Source: a virus
Virus genome (UHGV): UHGV-0036853
Reading direction: 5' to 3' (one strand)
DNA length: 64,000 nt
Position numbers and translations under genes: made by a program. Positions 50,210 through 60,074 of the stretch are shown in pieces; position 1 is the first letter of the stretch, and each line of letters begins with the position of its first letter. The notes under the pieces are model-generated. The model worked only from the letters and a program-made list of their open reading frames with translations, was not told the origin of the DNA and did not search any database.

Positions 50210-50871
50210 GAATGGACCTCATCGTGACTACCATTGTGATATTCCACCTTCACGCGTTCTTTGTAGTGCTTGGTGATCTGCATATCCGGGCGCAGCGCGT
50301 TCTTCAGGTCTTCGTGAGTCGTCGCCACCATTACCGTCGCACCAACCTTTCGAGCGGCACGCTGGAGGTTAGACGCCACAACCTGAGCGGTTACACGGTC
50401 GAGAACAGCGCCGAACTCGTCAGCAGCCCACACTTTAGCGCCTGACTCAATCAGTTTGGCAATCTTGAGACGATATTTCTGGCCGTCTGACATTTCAGAA
50501 GGCTTGCGAACAAACAGATATGCATCGTTCAGACCAGCCATAGATAACAACCCAAGCGCATCACTGGTCGTTTTGCCCAACTGATCGATGACGTTAACCT
50601 CATTATCGAAGGTAAAATCATCGATGGAGGCTACAGACAGCCCTTCATCCTTCATCTGTCGTTGCAACTCGCGCAGCACAACGGATTTGCCGGAACCGGA
50701 TTGGCCGGTGATGTACACCACATCGCCCTGCTTCACTTCCAGCTCCAGATTGTCGTAAAGCGTCCACTCTTTTTCGTCCAGGCCAAGCCCGAACGACTCA
50801 GCGATTTCCAACGTGCGCGTGGTTTTATTTACGCGTGTCTGAAACGATACGTTGATGATGTATTTGCTCAT
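50206..50871 (-). CDS. stand-alone ABC-type ATPase
   Basis: 221 aa; Walker A GQSGSGKS; signature-like SDGQKYRL; Walker B VWAADEF; H-loop TTHEDL. Confidence 0.65.
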   Translation of the reverse strand: MSKYIINVSFQTRVNKTTRTLEIAESFGLGLDEKEWTLYDNLELEVKQGDVVYITGQSGSGKSVVLRELQRQMKDEGLSVASIDDFTFDNEVNVIDQLGKTTSDALGLLSMAGLNDAYLFVRKPSEMSDGQKYRLKIAKLIESGAKVWAADEFGAVLDRVTAQVVASNLQRAARKVGATVMVATTHEDLKNALRPDMQITKHYKERVKVEYHNGSHDEVHS

Positions 50872-51536
50872 GCAGCCATCTCCCCGGAAGAGATCTTCTC
50901 CGCATATGCCACAAATGCGTCTACCCCGCTTTCTCCCGTCATTTCTTCCATGTGGGCAAGCAAATCACCAACAACAATGGCAGAGCCAGCAGGGAGCGTT
51001 TTAAAGCCCAATACGTCGACAACACGTACTTCTTCCGCTGCAACTTCACGACTGATCTCGGTGTGTTCATCCTTCTGTCGTTTAGTTTCTTCGCCAAGAT
51101 CGATAACTAGCGAGTCGGTGTCCATTTCTTCTGTCATACTGCCAACGAGAACATTCAACTCACGCTCTTCAAAGCCGAAAACCTCGATATCGTCCAGAAC
51201 AAGCGACTCAAGCTCTTTCTGTAGCTTAATTGCATCGTAATCAATGCTGGCAAGTCGGTTATCTTCAAGGCGCTTCGCACGAACCTCGTCATCACTGAGA
51301 TCATCGCGAACAATAACCGGTACGCGCTCAAGTCCAGCAAAAATTGCAGCCTCACGGCGGCCGTGGCCAGTAATAATTACGTCGTTCTTATCGACCGTAA
51401 TTGGCTGGTCAAATCCGCGCTTTTTAATGGCTGCGGCTAGATCTCGGATCTGCTGTTCATCATGCTTTTTGGCATTCATCTCATAGGGAATAAGATCTGC
51501 CGGGTCGCGATATACGATTTCAAACTTTTTGGTCAT
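50868..51536 (-). CDS. ParB/Srx-fold (ParB N-terminal domain) protein 2
   Basis: Motif ITGHGRREAAIFAGLERVPVIV; start set to the internal ATG that overlaps the upstream stop (track ORF extends to 51569). Confidence 0.6.
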   Translation of the reverse strand: MTKKFEIVYRDPADLIPYEMNAKKHDEQQIRDLAAAIKKRGFDQPITVDKNDVIITGHGRREAAIFAGLERVPVIVRDDLSDDEVRAKRLEDNRLASIDYDAIKLQKELESLVLDDIEVFGFEERELNVLVGSMTEEMDTDSLVIDLGEETKRQKDEHTEISREVAAEEVRVVDVLGFKTLPAGSAIVVGDLLAHMEEMTGESGVDAFVAYAEKISSGEMAA

Positions 51537-52234
51537 TACATACGCTCCTTGTAGTAGTCGACCAGCCACACCAGAGCCTCACCAGCGTTCTCCATTTCAT
51601 TACCGGTGTTAATAGCCTGTTCTTTGATGATGTTTTTTATGGTTTCTGCAACACGATCTGACGCATCGAAAGTTACTTTGAAGCGCATGGTCTGATGTTC
51701 CGCACCCACACGTTCGGTTTTCTCCCGTTTGTCGGTATCGACAGGCTCATCACTACCACGAGACAACGCCTCCAGTGCTTCAAGGTCGATTGCCGCCTCT
51801 TTTGCTAAAACCATCGAGATTTCGTCGTCATACGGGGCGATTTCAGACAGTTGATAGTCAAGTTCTGACTGAATTTCTTCAATGAAGCGTTGCAATGCGA
51901 TTTGGTCGTCTTCACCGTATCGCTCGTTGTCCACCAGTGACATCTGTTTAGCTACGACATCGCTAATTTTGCCCACAGAAAGCACTGGAACCGTTGAAAT
52001 TCCTTGCTCAATAGCGGCACGCCAGCGATGTTCACCGCCGAGGATTTCAAAAAATCCATCTTCAAGTTCACGAGCCAAAATTGGCTTAAAAAAGCCCAAT
52101 TTTTCGATAGAACCTTTCAGTTTTTCAAAATTCTGCGCACCAACCGAATTGGTGTTCCAGGTATTCGGGCGAAGGTTGGCAACATCAACCTGCAAAATCG
52201 TGATTTTTACATCCATTTTATTGCTACAATCCAC
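51536..52234 (-). CDS. ParB/Srx-fold (ParB N-terminal domain) protein 1
   Basis: 232 aa; motif ILGGEHRWRAAIEQGISTVPV. Confidence 0.6.
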   Translation of the reverse strand: MDCSNKMDVKITILQVDVANLRPNTWNTNSVGAQNFEKLKGSIEKLGFFKPILARELEDGFFEILGGEHRWRAAIEQGISTVPVLSVGKISDVVAKQMSLVDNERYGEDDQIALQRFIEEIQSELDYQLSEIAPYDDEISMVLAKEAAIDLEALEALSRGSDEPVDTDKREKTERVGAEHQTMRFKVTFDASDRVAETIKNIIKEQAINTGNEMENAGEALVWLVDYYKERM

Positions 52235-52298
52235 TAAGTAATCACTTACTTATTATAATAGCCAAATAACATACAAAAGGCACTAAGGAAAGAGGTTT

Positions 52299-53858
52299 AT
52301 GACTGTTCGGATTGTATCTAACGCAGTAAATGCGCTTATTTCTGGCGCAGATGACAAGGTAAAGCAACTGGTGCAGCAAATGTTGAGCTACGAAGTCGAG
52401 ACTGGCGACTGGAAGGGCACAAGCACGATGTTCAACTGGAGTAAAAACTCGTTCCCTGCTGGCTTTGCCAAGCCTGTAGCGGCGAACTTGAACAAGGCGG
52501 GCATCAAATGTGTTCATATCCGCAAAGACAAAGCCCCGGCGCTTGGTAAACCAAATCCGGCGGTTAACCCATTCCCATACAATCCTGATTATGCGTATCA
52601 GGATCAGACTGTGGAAACACTGGTTCGAGAGGGAATGATGATTGCGCAGATCGCTACTGGTGGCGGGAAATCTAACGTTGCCTGCAAAGCAGCTGCACGT
52701 ATCGGTCGAATGACATTATTTTTAACAACCCGCTCTGTTCTGATGTTTCAAATGGCCGAAAACTTCCAGAGATCCATCGACTACCGCGCCGAAAATGGCG
52801 AACCGTGGTTAAAAGACCAAAAGGTTGGAGTCATTGGCTCGGGTGAGTTCCAGGTATCACGACATATCAACGTCGCTACAGTTCAAACTCTTGCAAGTTT
52901 CCTCGAAGAACCACCACGCGATGCAACACCAGATAAGAAAAGCTACCACCTCAAACGTCGGGAGTTGGTGAAACGCTTCCTTTCAAGTGTCTCTCTTCTT
53001 ATTCTGGAAGAGGCGCATGAGTCTTCAGGCTCAAATTTCTATGACATCGCCAGATTATGTGTGAACGCAGACTATCGTCTGGCGCTTACAGCCACGCCGT
53101 TCATGAAGGATTCGACGGAAGCCAACATGCGCCTGATGGCGGTGGCCGGGCGAATTGAAATTAAAGTCACAGAAAAGTACCTGATTGATCGAGGCATTCT
53201 GGCAAAGCCGTACTTCCTTTATCATAAAGTTGCCTACAAGCCAGACGAGGCCAGAATCAAGGCCGAACTTGCCAACAAACACCTAAATTTTAGAGTAGGT
53301 ATGAGCACTGCCTACCAAAAGGCTTATCAGCTGGGCATCGTGTATAATTTGGGACGTAACGAGGCCATAGTACGAGATGCATTGCTCTATAAGCAACATT
53401 CTCTCAATTGTATGACTCTGGTTCGTCTTAAACGCCACGGGCAAATCCTGATGGAAATGATGAAAGAGTCCGGCCTTAGAGTTGACTTCATCTATGGGGA
53501 ATCTAACCAGGCCACAAGGCAAGCAAAGCTGAACAGTTTAGCGTCTGGAGAAATAGATGTTTTAATAGGCTCGACTATTCTGGATGTCGGTGTTGATGTG
53601 CCAAGCGTTGGCGCGGTCATTCTTGCTGGTGGTGGGAAAGCAGAAGTTGAAATGAGGCAGCGTGTCGGTCGTGGCTTACGAGCCAAGAAGAATCAGGCAA
53701 ACGTATGTTTTATCACTGATTTTATTGACATTAGCAACAAATATCTGTTGTCTCACTCTTATGAGCGAAAACACATCATCGACACCACACCTGGCTTTGC
53801 AGAAGGTGTATTGCCTATTGATGGCGCATTCGATTTTGGAGTTCTGAAACGAGATTAG
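52299..53858 (+). CDS. superfamily 2 DNA/RNA helicase (DEAH-like)
   Basis: 519 aa; Walker A ATGGGKS; motif II LLILEEAH; motif III LTATP; motif VI VGRGLR. Confidence 0.8.
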   Translation: MTVRIVSNAVNALISGADDKVKQLVQQMLSYEVETGDWKGTSTMFNWSKNSFPAGFAKPVAANLNKAGIKCVHIRKDKAPALGKPNPAVNPFPYNPDYAYQDQTVETLVREGMMIAQIATGGGKSNVACKAAARIGRMTLFLTTRSVLMFQMAENFQRSIDYRAENGEPWLKDQKVGVIGSGEFQVSRHINVATVQTLASFLEEPPRDATPDKKSYHLKRRELVKRFLSSVSLLILEEAHESSGSNFYDIARLCVNADYRLALTATPFMKDSTEANMRLMAVAGRIEIKVTEKYLIDRGILAKPYFLYHKVAYKPDEARIKAELANKHLNFRVGMSTAYQKAYQLGIVYNLGRNEAIVRDALLYKQHSLNCMTLVRLKRHGQILMEMMKESGLRVDFIYGESNQATRQAKLNSLASGEIDVLIGSTILDVGVDVPSVGAVILAGGGKAEVEMRQRVGRGLRAKKNQANVCFITDFIDISNKYLLSHSYERKHIIDTTPGFAEGVLPIDGAFDFGVLKRD

Positions 53859-53860
53859 TT

Positions 53861-54139
53861 ATGAGCGAAAAGAAAACAACTTATTGTCAGGTGGCATTGT
53901 CTGATAAGGCCAATGACAAACTTGGAAAGTTTCAAATGAAACTAAAAGAAAAAAACATCAAAATGTCTAAGGCTGAAGTTATCAATACCATCCTAGAGGC
54001 GATGACGATGGCTGAGTTTGATAAAGTTTCCTCTGCCGTTGGAGTCTCTGCTAAGGCTCGTGAGAAAATCATGCGCATCTATGAAAACTCTAATATGACA
54101 AAGGAAGACCTAGAACAAATTCTAAGCAAACTGCCATAA
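53861..54139 (+). CDS. hypothetical small protein coupled to the helicase
   Basis: 92-aa ORF starting 3 nt after the helicase stop. Confidence 0.4.
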   Translation: MSEKKTTYCQVALSDKANDKLGKFQMKLKEKNIKMSKAEVINTILEAMTMAEFDKVSSAVGVSAKAREKIMRIYENSNMTKEDLEQILSKLP

Positions 54140-54393
54140 CATTTCGCATTCCCTCCATCCGCCAATTCCAAGATGTGCTTACTTGTAAAAGGAGCACATC
54201 AATTGATGCGGCCTAGAGAATGAATTTAATCAAGACAAACATTGAATGATTAATAGACTACGATAGTGTCCAACAGGGCATTCTCATGTGACATTTGTCA
54301 CATTTTTAACCGCATAAGTCTCCGGCTGAAAAAAGTTCTTGATTGGCTGAATGATATTTGTAGGCTTATCAATGTTTATAGCCGGAGGTGTGA

Positions 54394-54936
54394 ATGGGTG
54401 TACTTGACATTGATAGTAATTACTTAAGTGCAAGGCGAATAAAGGAATGTGTTCATATCTATTGTAAATCAAAGCAGTCTTGTTTAGAAAAGCAGGCGTA
54501 CCTAACATCTTCTCAAAAAGGAGAGCACAAACTCATCAAATATAAACTAAAGGCTTCGCGCAAAGATCGTTATGAGCACTATATATACGTAAAGGATATT
54601 GAAGGTACCAAGACAAATTGCGGTATTATCTTTTATCCCTATGATATATCAAGACTGTTCTCCATTATGAAATCCTGTGTCGGCGTAGCTCCAGGTAAAT
54701 TAGAGTTGCATTCAAACTTATACGATTACCCAAATGCTCAAAAACTGATAAACGATAGCACTTCGTCCTATGGATTTTCGTTTCTCTTTAAGAATCATCT
54801 CGCATTGAAAGATTTCATCGAAAAATACAATGAAGGAATAATATCAGGCGAATTAAATTTCAACAAAATCTGCGGAGATATAAAAAGGGACGACCTCTTA
54901 ATAGATATTTACAACAGAACCCAAGTTAACGTGTAA
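54394..54936 (+). CDS. hypothetical protein (AT-rich island)
   Basis: 180 aa; strong RBS GGAGG; AT-rich codon usage. Confidence 0.55.
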   Translation: MGVLDIDSNYLSARRIKECVHIYCKSKQSCLEKQAYLTSSQKGEHKLIKYKLKASRKDRYEHYIYVKDIEGTKTNCGIIFYPYDISRLFSIMKSCVGVAPGKLELHSNLYDYPNAQKLINDSTSSYGFSFLFKNHLALKDFIEKYNEGIISGELNFNKICGDIKRDDLLIDIYNRTQVNV

Positions 54937-54963
54937 CCATCCATTAATCATAGCCAGACAAAT

Positions 54964-55383
54964 ATGAAAGTAACAAACCTAATTATTTTAACACTAGCCA
55001 CATCACTAATTGGGTGTTCATCTTCATCTATATCTGTTTCAAAGGCAAAGTATGCACCTCAAAGCAGAATATTTAAATATCAAACACCACATGAGTCTAG
55101 TCTAACAATAGTTAGAGACAAAGGGCTGGTTGGTTCTGGATGTAACGCTTCCATATTCATCAATGGAGAAACGGCAGCAAAATTGGAACCTGGTGAAAAA
55201 GCAACTTTCTATCTTAATGAAGGAGATTGGATCGTTGGGACATCAATTGAAAGTTCAGGTCTTTGCGCATTTAACCCCTCTAGGATGGAGCGAGAAATAA
55301 AACTAAAGCAAGGCGACGCGAAAACATATCGGGTTTTCACTACCTGGGATGGTACAATGGATATATTGCCAACCACTTTATAA
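54964..55383 (+). CDS. lipoprotein (AT-rich island)
   Basis: 139 aa; signal with lipobox LIGC. Confidence 0.55.
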   Translation: MKVTNLIILTLATSLIGCSSSSISVSKAKYAPQSRIFKYQTPHESSLTIVRDKGLVGSGCNASIFINGETAAKLEPGEKATFYLNEGDWIVGTSIESSGLCAFNPSRMEREIKLKQGDAKTYRVFTTWDGTMDILPTTL

Positions 55384-55387
55384 TGAT

Positions 55388-55912
55388 ATGACGACGAAAG
55401 ACATCACCTACGGTGTGCCAGCAGAAGTCTGGCCTCGAGATTACACTAACGTTGAAAAACTACTGATGTTCTGGCGCAGAGAACAAATTCCTGTAAGGGC
55501 CACTCTCGAAGATGGTCAGGCGTTTTGCATGTACGTTTATGGCCTCATGCCATCTCGTAACAAAGTTGACCTTTGCCCAGCCCCTTTTGACAAAGAAAAT
55601 CGTATAAGGCTCCCAATTGAACGCATTAGTACAATTGAATCAGGTGTGGTTGACAGTATCGCTCACGATTTCAAAGGTCGACTAACAGTTCACCCTGATT
55701 ATGTCGATAATCGGCCATCACGCCGCGATTTTTTTGCAATTTGCAACCAAGCCTACAAAGCAAACAAATCTATAAGGGTGTACATGGCGGATGGCCGTGA
55801 AATTGAGGGGGTGTCAGCAGGCGCAGATGCTTGTCAGGTTACACTACGTGTCGAGAACGGTAGAAAAATAGTTGTTTTGTTCGATTGGGTTGAACGAATT
55901 TTGCCTTTTTGA
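55388..55912 (+). CDS. hypothetical protein (AT-rich island)
   Basis: Start set to ATG at 55388 (MTTKD...) just after the upstream stop; track ORF begins at 55349. Confidence 0.5.
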   Translation: MTTKDITYGVPAEVWPRDYTNVEKLLMFWRREQIPVRATLEDGQAFCMYVYGLMPSRNKVDLCPAPFDKENRIRLPIERISTIESGVVDSIAHDFKGRLTVHPDYVDNRPSRRDFFAICNQAYKANKSIRVYMADGREIEGVSAGADACQVTLRVENGRKIVVLFDWVERILPF

Positions 55913-55915
55913 GTT

Positions 55916-56224
55916 ATGAAATCGATATTGTTACCACCATTATTTTTACTTTGCTCAGTTGCGGCAAATGCAATGGACTATAAGCCTGTCATTCAGTCGC
56001 TGATGAATGACGTGTGCTCAACGTCTCAGAATGTATCAGTTTGCATGTATCAATTTTCGGCAGCCGTAAAAGCAGGAAAAGCGATAGGTGAGAATGTGGA
56101 ACTGTGTAAGAAAGTGGCAAATGAAGAACGAGCAATGTTGGATTGCGAATCTAGCGAGTCATCGGCACAGTTCGTTGATGCGCTATTTGACACCAATCGT
56201 AAGGCTGTAGAGTCTGTCCAATAA
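55916..56224 (+). CDS. secreted Cys-containing small protein
   Basis: 102 aa; signal peptide MKSILLPPLFLLCSVAANA; 6 Cys in mature part. Confidence 0.5.
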   Translation: MKSILLPPLFLLCSVAANAMDYKPVIQSLMNDVCSTSQNVSVCMYQFSAAVKAGKAIGENVELCKKVANEERAMLDCESSESSAQFVDALFDTNRKAVESVQ

Positions 56225-56237
56225 ATCTATAAGGTTA

Positions 56238-56262
56238 ATAACCGGCTAAGTCCGGTTATTAT
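56238..56262 (+). terminator. rho-independent terminator
   Basis: Hairpin ataaccggctaagtccggttat followed by tatttttc. Confidence 0.6.
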
Positions 56263-56507
56263 TTTTCACATCACTTCTTTATATCTATAAATCAAATAAT
56301 CTAAATATATATAAGGTCGAAAGCCGTAATCGATTATTTATTTAGGGAACACCTTCGACGATCTCGCTTTTATTTCTAGGACTTTCATCCCTGCAAAAAA
56401 TTTTAAAAAAACACTTGCAATCTTTTTTCGCGTATCGATAATTGAACTCGTCGAAAGCGAAGACGCTAACGACAATAAATTTTAAATTTACATAAGGAAA
56501 AATTATC

Positions 56508-57158
56508 ATGGCTAACATTATCATTTCTAAAAAATCCATCATTGAAGCTGCTTCCATTGTATCCGATGAACTGCGCGAAAAAGCAGATCTGGCAACTCAA
56601 ACATATAACGAACATTATAAAAATGGTACGCACACTAAAGCAGACAAAGCAAATATGCAAGCTGCGACCACTAAACTTGCTTACTTCATCAACAACGTCG
56701 TAAACGCAGTAGAAGACGAAAAATTATGCTCTGTTTTCTACTATGCGATTAAAGCAAGCAAACAAGCGCCAGAAGTATTTTTCCGTGATGCAATGACTAA
56801 TAGTTATTCACTGGAAAAACTGGTTTATCTGGTTAAATCCATTAAAGCTGGTAAATGCGTTTATTCCGTCGCTGATATGTCAGGATCTCGTGTATTCGCT
56901 TTAATCGATATGATTAACGACGAGATCGACACGTTCACTAATGGCGCTGTTTTCGATTTAATGAATGAAGCTAAAAAAGCGTGCGAAATTAAATTGGACG
57001 CTGGCTATACTCAAGCCAACCAGTTGATCAATCTTTGCGAACGTCTCGGACTTGTTGAGAAAGTCAAAGGAGCTGGGAGCGCAAAAGCTGGTACTCAGCA
57101 ATATCGCTTCATTAAAAATGATTTCTACAATTATTTAGCTGATGCTTTCAAAGCGTAA
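56508..57158 (+). CDS. hypothetical protein
   Basis: 216-aa ORF with upstream AT-rich promoter region. Confidence 0.5.
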   Translation: MANIIISKKSIIEAASIVSDELREKADLATQTYNEHYKNGTHTKADKANMQAATTKLAYFINNVVNAVEDEKLCSVFYYAIKASKQAPEVFFRDAMTNSYSLEKLVYLVKSIKAGKCVYSVADMSGSRVFALIDMINDEIDTFTNGAVFDLMNEAKKACEIKLDAGYTQANQLINLCERLGLVEKVKGAGSAKAGTQQYRFIKNDFYNYLADAFKA

Positions 57159-57206
57159 TTAATGGAATCAAGCGCCCACTATGGGCGCTTTAAAGGAGCT
57201 TTAAAA

Positions 57207-57410
57207 ATGGTCAGCTATGACAAGATCCGCGCAGAATATCGCGCAAAGTATCGCGCTTATAAACTGGAATTAATCGATGATTTGATCGCGCAACGCGACC
57301 AATTAAATTTTACGTTTTCTGATTTGCTTAACAGCAAGCGAGATTGCAAGCGCAAACGTGAATACTTACGTTTAAGCACATTAATCGGAAAACTTCAAAA
57401 TTCTATTTAA
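57207..57410 (+). CDS. hypothetical small basic protein
   Basis: Start set to MVSYDK... because the track ORF start (57162) overlaps an upstream hairpin. Confidence 0.4.
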   Translation: MVSYDKIRAEYRAKYRAYKLELIDDLIAQRDQLNFTFSDLLNSKRDCKRKREYLRLSTLIGKLQNSI

Positions 57411-57431
57411 TTTTTTTTAAGGAGCTTAATC

Positions 57432-57662
57432 ATGTTTGTTCTTATCGCTGGCGTTAACGTCCATAATGAATATTATGTTAATCGCATCGCTGGGATCGCT
57501 GGTTACGCTGGGCGCTCAGTCGAGCTTATAGATGAAACGACGCGCAAAATTGACTTATTGAGCGACCAGGAGCGAAAAAAAGCAGACGTGAACGACGCTG
57601 ATATATTTTTAATGTTAAAAGCGTTTGTAGAAATGGGATTTGAAATCAGTTTACATAAATAA
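57432..57662 (+). CDS. hypothetical small protein
   Basis: 76-aa ORF followed by a strong terminator. Confidence 0.4.
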   Translation: MFVLIAGVNVHNEYYVNRIAGIAGYAGRSVELIDETTRKIDLLSDQERKKADVNDADIFLMLKAFVEMGFEISLHK

Positions 57663-57667
57663 AATCG

Positions 57668-57694
57668 AGCGCCCACTATGGGCGCTTTTTTCGT
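57668..57694 (+). terminator. rho-independent terminator (same hairpin repeated at 57171-57189)
   Basis: agcgcccactatgggcgct followed by ttttttcg. Confidence 0.7.
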
Positions 57695-58150
57695 TTCCAA
57701 TACTTCCACCATAACGCGCCATCATTGGCGCGTTTTTTATTGTCTTTGACTCACTCCAACAACATAAAAATAAGCGCCAAAATAACGCCATAGACGCGCT
57801 TTTATATCCTTGCCAGTACATACCCATTACTTAACGCATTAACGCGCTTAAAACGCGTTATATTGCGCTATAACGTATGGCTAATCATTAATTTTTATTC
57901 TTGCTATGTGATCCGCGTTTATTTGTCGGCGCGGATCGGCATTTTGTGTTGTTCTGTGTCCGCTCGCGTATTATGTGCGCGTGATTTTTCACATAATCAC
58001 ACCACTTAATCACGTATGTGATTACGCTACGAAAGAAATCTGGATGTCTCAGGCGACGAAAGTCATCATGATTTTCCCCGCTCGCCTGTCCGACAACCGC
58101 TGGTTGGATTCCACCAGCTTCCCGATGTTTTTTCTACATAAAGGCGAATG

Positions 58151-58266
58151 CAGCCGTTTCCCGAAAAAATCCTGGCCGTTTCCCGTCGGCTCATGAATAC
58201 GTTCCTCGCCGTTTCTGAAAATTTCCCTGCGGCAGCTGGTGGCTATAGAGAAAGGGCCGTTTCTGG
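58151..58266. repeat. iteron-like direct repeats GCCGTTTC(C/T), four copies
   Basis: cagccgtttcccg (58151), tggccgtttcccg (58173), cgccgtttctg (58207), gggccgtttctgg (58254). Confidence 0.5.
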
Positions 58267-58278
58267 CCCTCTTCTCAG

Positions 58279-58761
58279 TTACACGCCATCAAGGATGTGG
58301 ATGCGGTTGCTTGTGTATACATTCAACATAAAGTTAGCGCAAAACAGTTTCCATGTATCAACGCCAGCGGTATACGTAATGTTTTTGCATTTAATTGCAT
58401 TGTTGGCGATCCGCATCCCCTGCGATACTGCTTCATCGTCGGAAAATTTGAACGACGATTGAGTTTTAATCCAGACAGAAATCTGCGTAGCGAACTCAAT
58501 CAGCTTGGACTGGCAGAATCGCCCGGAGCGCACCGGAAAGACGAACGTTCCGAATCCAGAATTTACCACATACGCTTTCTCAAATACCCGCGAGTAACGA
58601 CGATTGCCAATGATGTCGCGTGCAATAATGCATTTTTCTTGTGCTGACAGTTCTACCGTCTCATTGTCGCGCCATGCACCAAGTACTCGTTTTTCAATGT
58701 CAGAGAACGTTACAGCGATATTGCCATGTGCGGGTGCGTTTACAGTAGCGATAAAATTCAT
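58279..58761 (-). CDS. hypothetical protein (right-end small-gene array)
   Basis: 160 aa; RBS AAGGA; class II motif at 58781-58816 upstream. Confidence 0.5.
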   Translation of the reverse strand: MNFIATVNAPAHGNIAVTFSDIEKRVLGAWRDNETVELSAQEKCIIARDIIGNRRYSRVFEKAYVVNSGFGTFVFPVRSGRFCQSKLIEFATQISVWIKTQSSFKFSDDEAVSQGMRIANNAIKCKNITYTAGVDTWKLFCANFMLNVYTSNRIHILDGV

Positions 58762-58965
58762 GATTAATTCCTTATAGTAAATAACAAATTGTTTTCTTGT
58801 TGGTGTTAATTATCGTTGTACGAATAAGGCGTCAAAGTGGAAAGTTGCGGTAGCCGGACGGGAACAGGTGGGTTTGTCGGTTGCCTGGAGGTAAGAGGTT
58901 GGTGTTTTTAGCCTGCGGGAAACAGGATGGTCATTTAAGGCCACCAGCATTGGTGACCTTATTCT

Positions 58966-59253
58966 TCAGTGGAGCAGACCGATGTCGATGGTATCCCCTG
59001 AATCATCCACACGGATCATCAGCATGGCGAAGGCGTTTAGTGGATAGCTTGCGTGCCATTCAGGGAAGCGGTCATCTCGCATGAAGTCGGCAATGTCGTA
59101 AACGATGCCCTCAAAGTGAAAGAATCTCGTGCTTACCTGCTCGTCATATTCCACATGATCCATTTCTTGCTGTTCTGTTTCCGGCAAGTCCAGCCATGAT
59201 TCGAGTAATACATTTTGTGCTTTGGTGGTAATGGTGAAATCAGTCATGAGCAT
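58966..59253 (-). CDS. hypothetical acidic small protein
   Basis: Start set to an internal ATG (MLMTDF...) because the class II motif (59262-59300) lies inside the longer track ORF. Confidence 0.4.
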   Translation of the reverse strand: MLMTDFTITTKAQNVLLESWLDLPETEQQEMDHVEYDEQVSTRFFHFEGIVYDIADFMRDDRFPEWHASYPLNAFAMLMIRVDDSGDTIDIGLLH

Positions 59254-59582
59254 ATCCTCACTGCGTAAACATGTTGTTTTCTTGTTGGTGTAATTATCGC
59301 AGTGTAGATAAGGCATAAAAGAAGTTAATACAGGCTGAATACACAAGAAAGGTTCTCGAAGTTGATAGCCAGGTTTCAAACTAACCTTCGGTTATTAAAA
59401 GTCATTTAAGACCACCAATGCTGGTGGCCTTAATAATTATCGCCCGATTACGCTAAGGATCTTTTCCTCAACTGATTTGTTGTTGCGACTAAACTGCCTT
59501 GCGTATCTAATGACAGAAGAGGCGTTTCGCTTTCTGACCATTTCGGCTCTTTCCTTCAGGCGTTTCTTGAAATCGCCCATAT

Positions 59583-59999
59583 TTACCACCAGGCGCAGAA
59601 CGTCAGTCTGTTATTGTGAAAGTCGTGGTTCCTGATCAGGTCTTCCACAAGTTTTTTCAGCTTGTCCACGTCATGCCAGTAACCTTCATCGTACTCCTGA
59701 CTGCCGAAGAAAAAACCTTCCCGGGTAGGCAAGTACTCTTCGCAATTACTTTCGTTTATGTGCATCAAATGAGCCTTCAGAAAACAAATGTCATTCATCG
59801 TTAATTCTAAAAGCTCACAATTTTCGACTTCACCTACGTTGCGCTCCATCCACCCAACGAGCGCATTGAACTTACGGAAGTAAGCAACCCGCTTTCTGGA
59901 TGCCTCATTATTCAGATCGTTTTTTGGCTGCGTCTCAATGTAAATATCAAGCCCCATGATGGTTTCCTTATTAAGTTGCTTCAGTGAAATCATTTTCAC
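59583..59999 (-). CDS. hypothetical protein
   Basis: 138-aa ORF (track start is GTG; ATG alternatives at 59993 and 59957); class II motif at 60008-60030. Confidence 0.45.
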   Translation of the reverse strand: MKMISLKQLNKETIMGLDIYIETQPKNDLNNEASRKRVAYFRKFNALVGWMERNVGEVENCELLELTMNDICFLKAHLMHINESNCEEYLPTREGFFFGSQEYDEGYWHDVDKLKKLVEDLIRNHDFHNNRLTFCAWW

Positions 60000-60074
60000 A
60001 AATCAGATAAGGCAGAAAACAAATTGTTATCGGGTATAAGAAAATGGCGCGGTTTACGCGCCATTTAAAGAGGA

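Noticed and set aside
58966-59379. Longer 137-aa form of the 58966 ORF
   Set aside because: The extension runs through the class II motif, which is intergenic in every other copy; the shorter form from the internal ATG is preferred.
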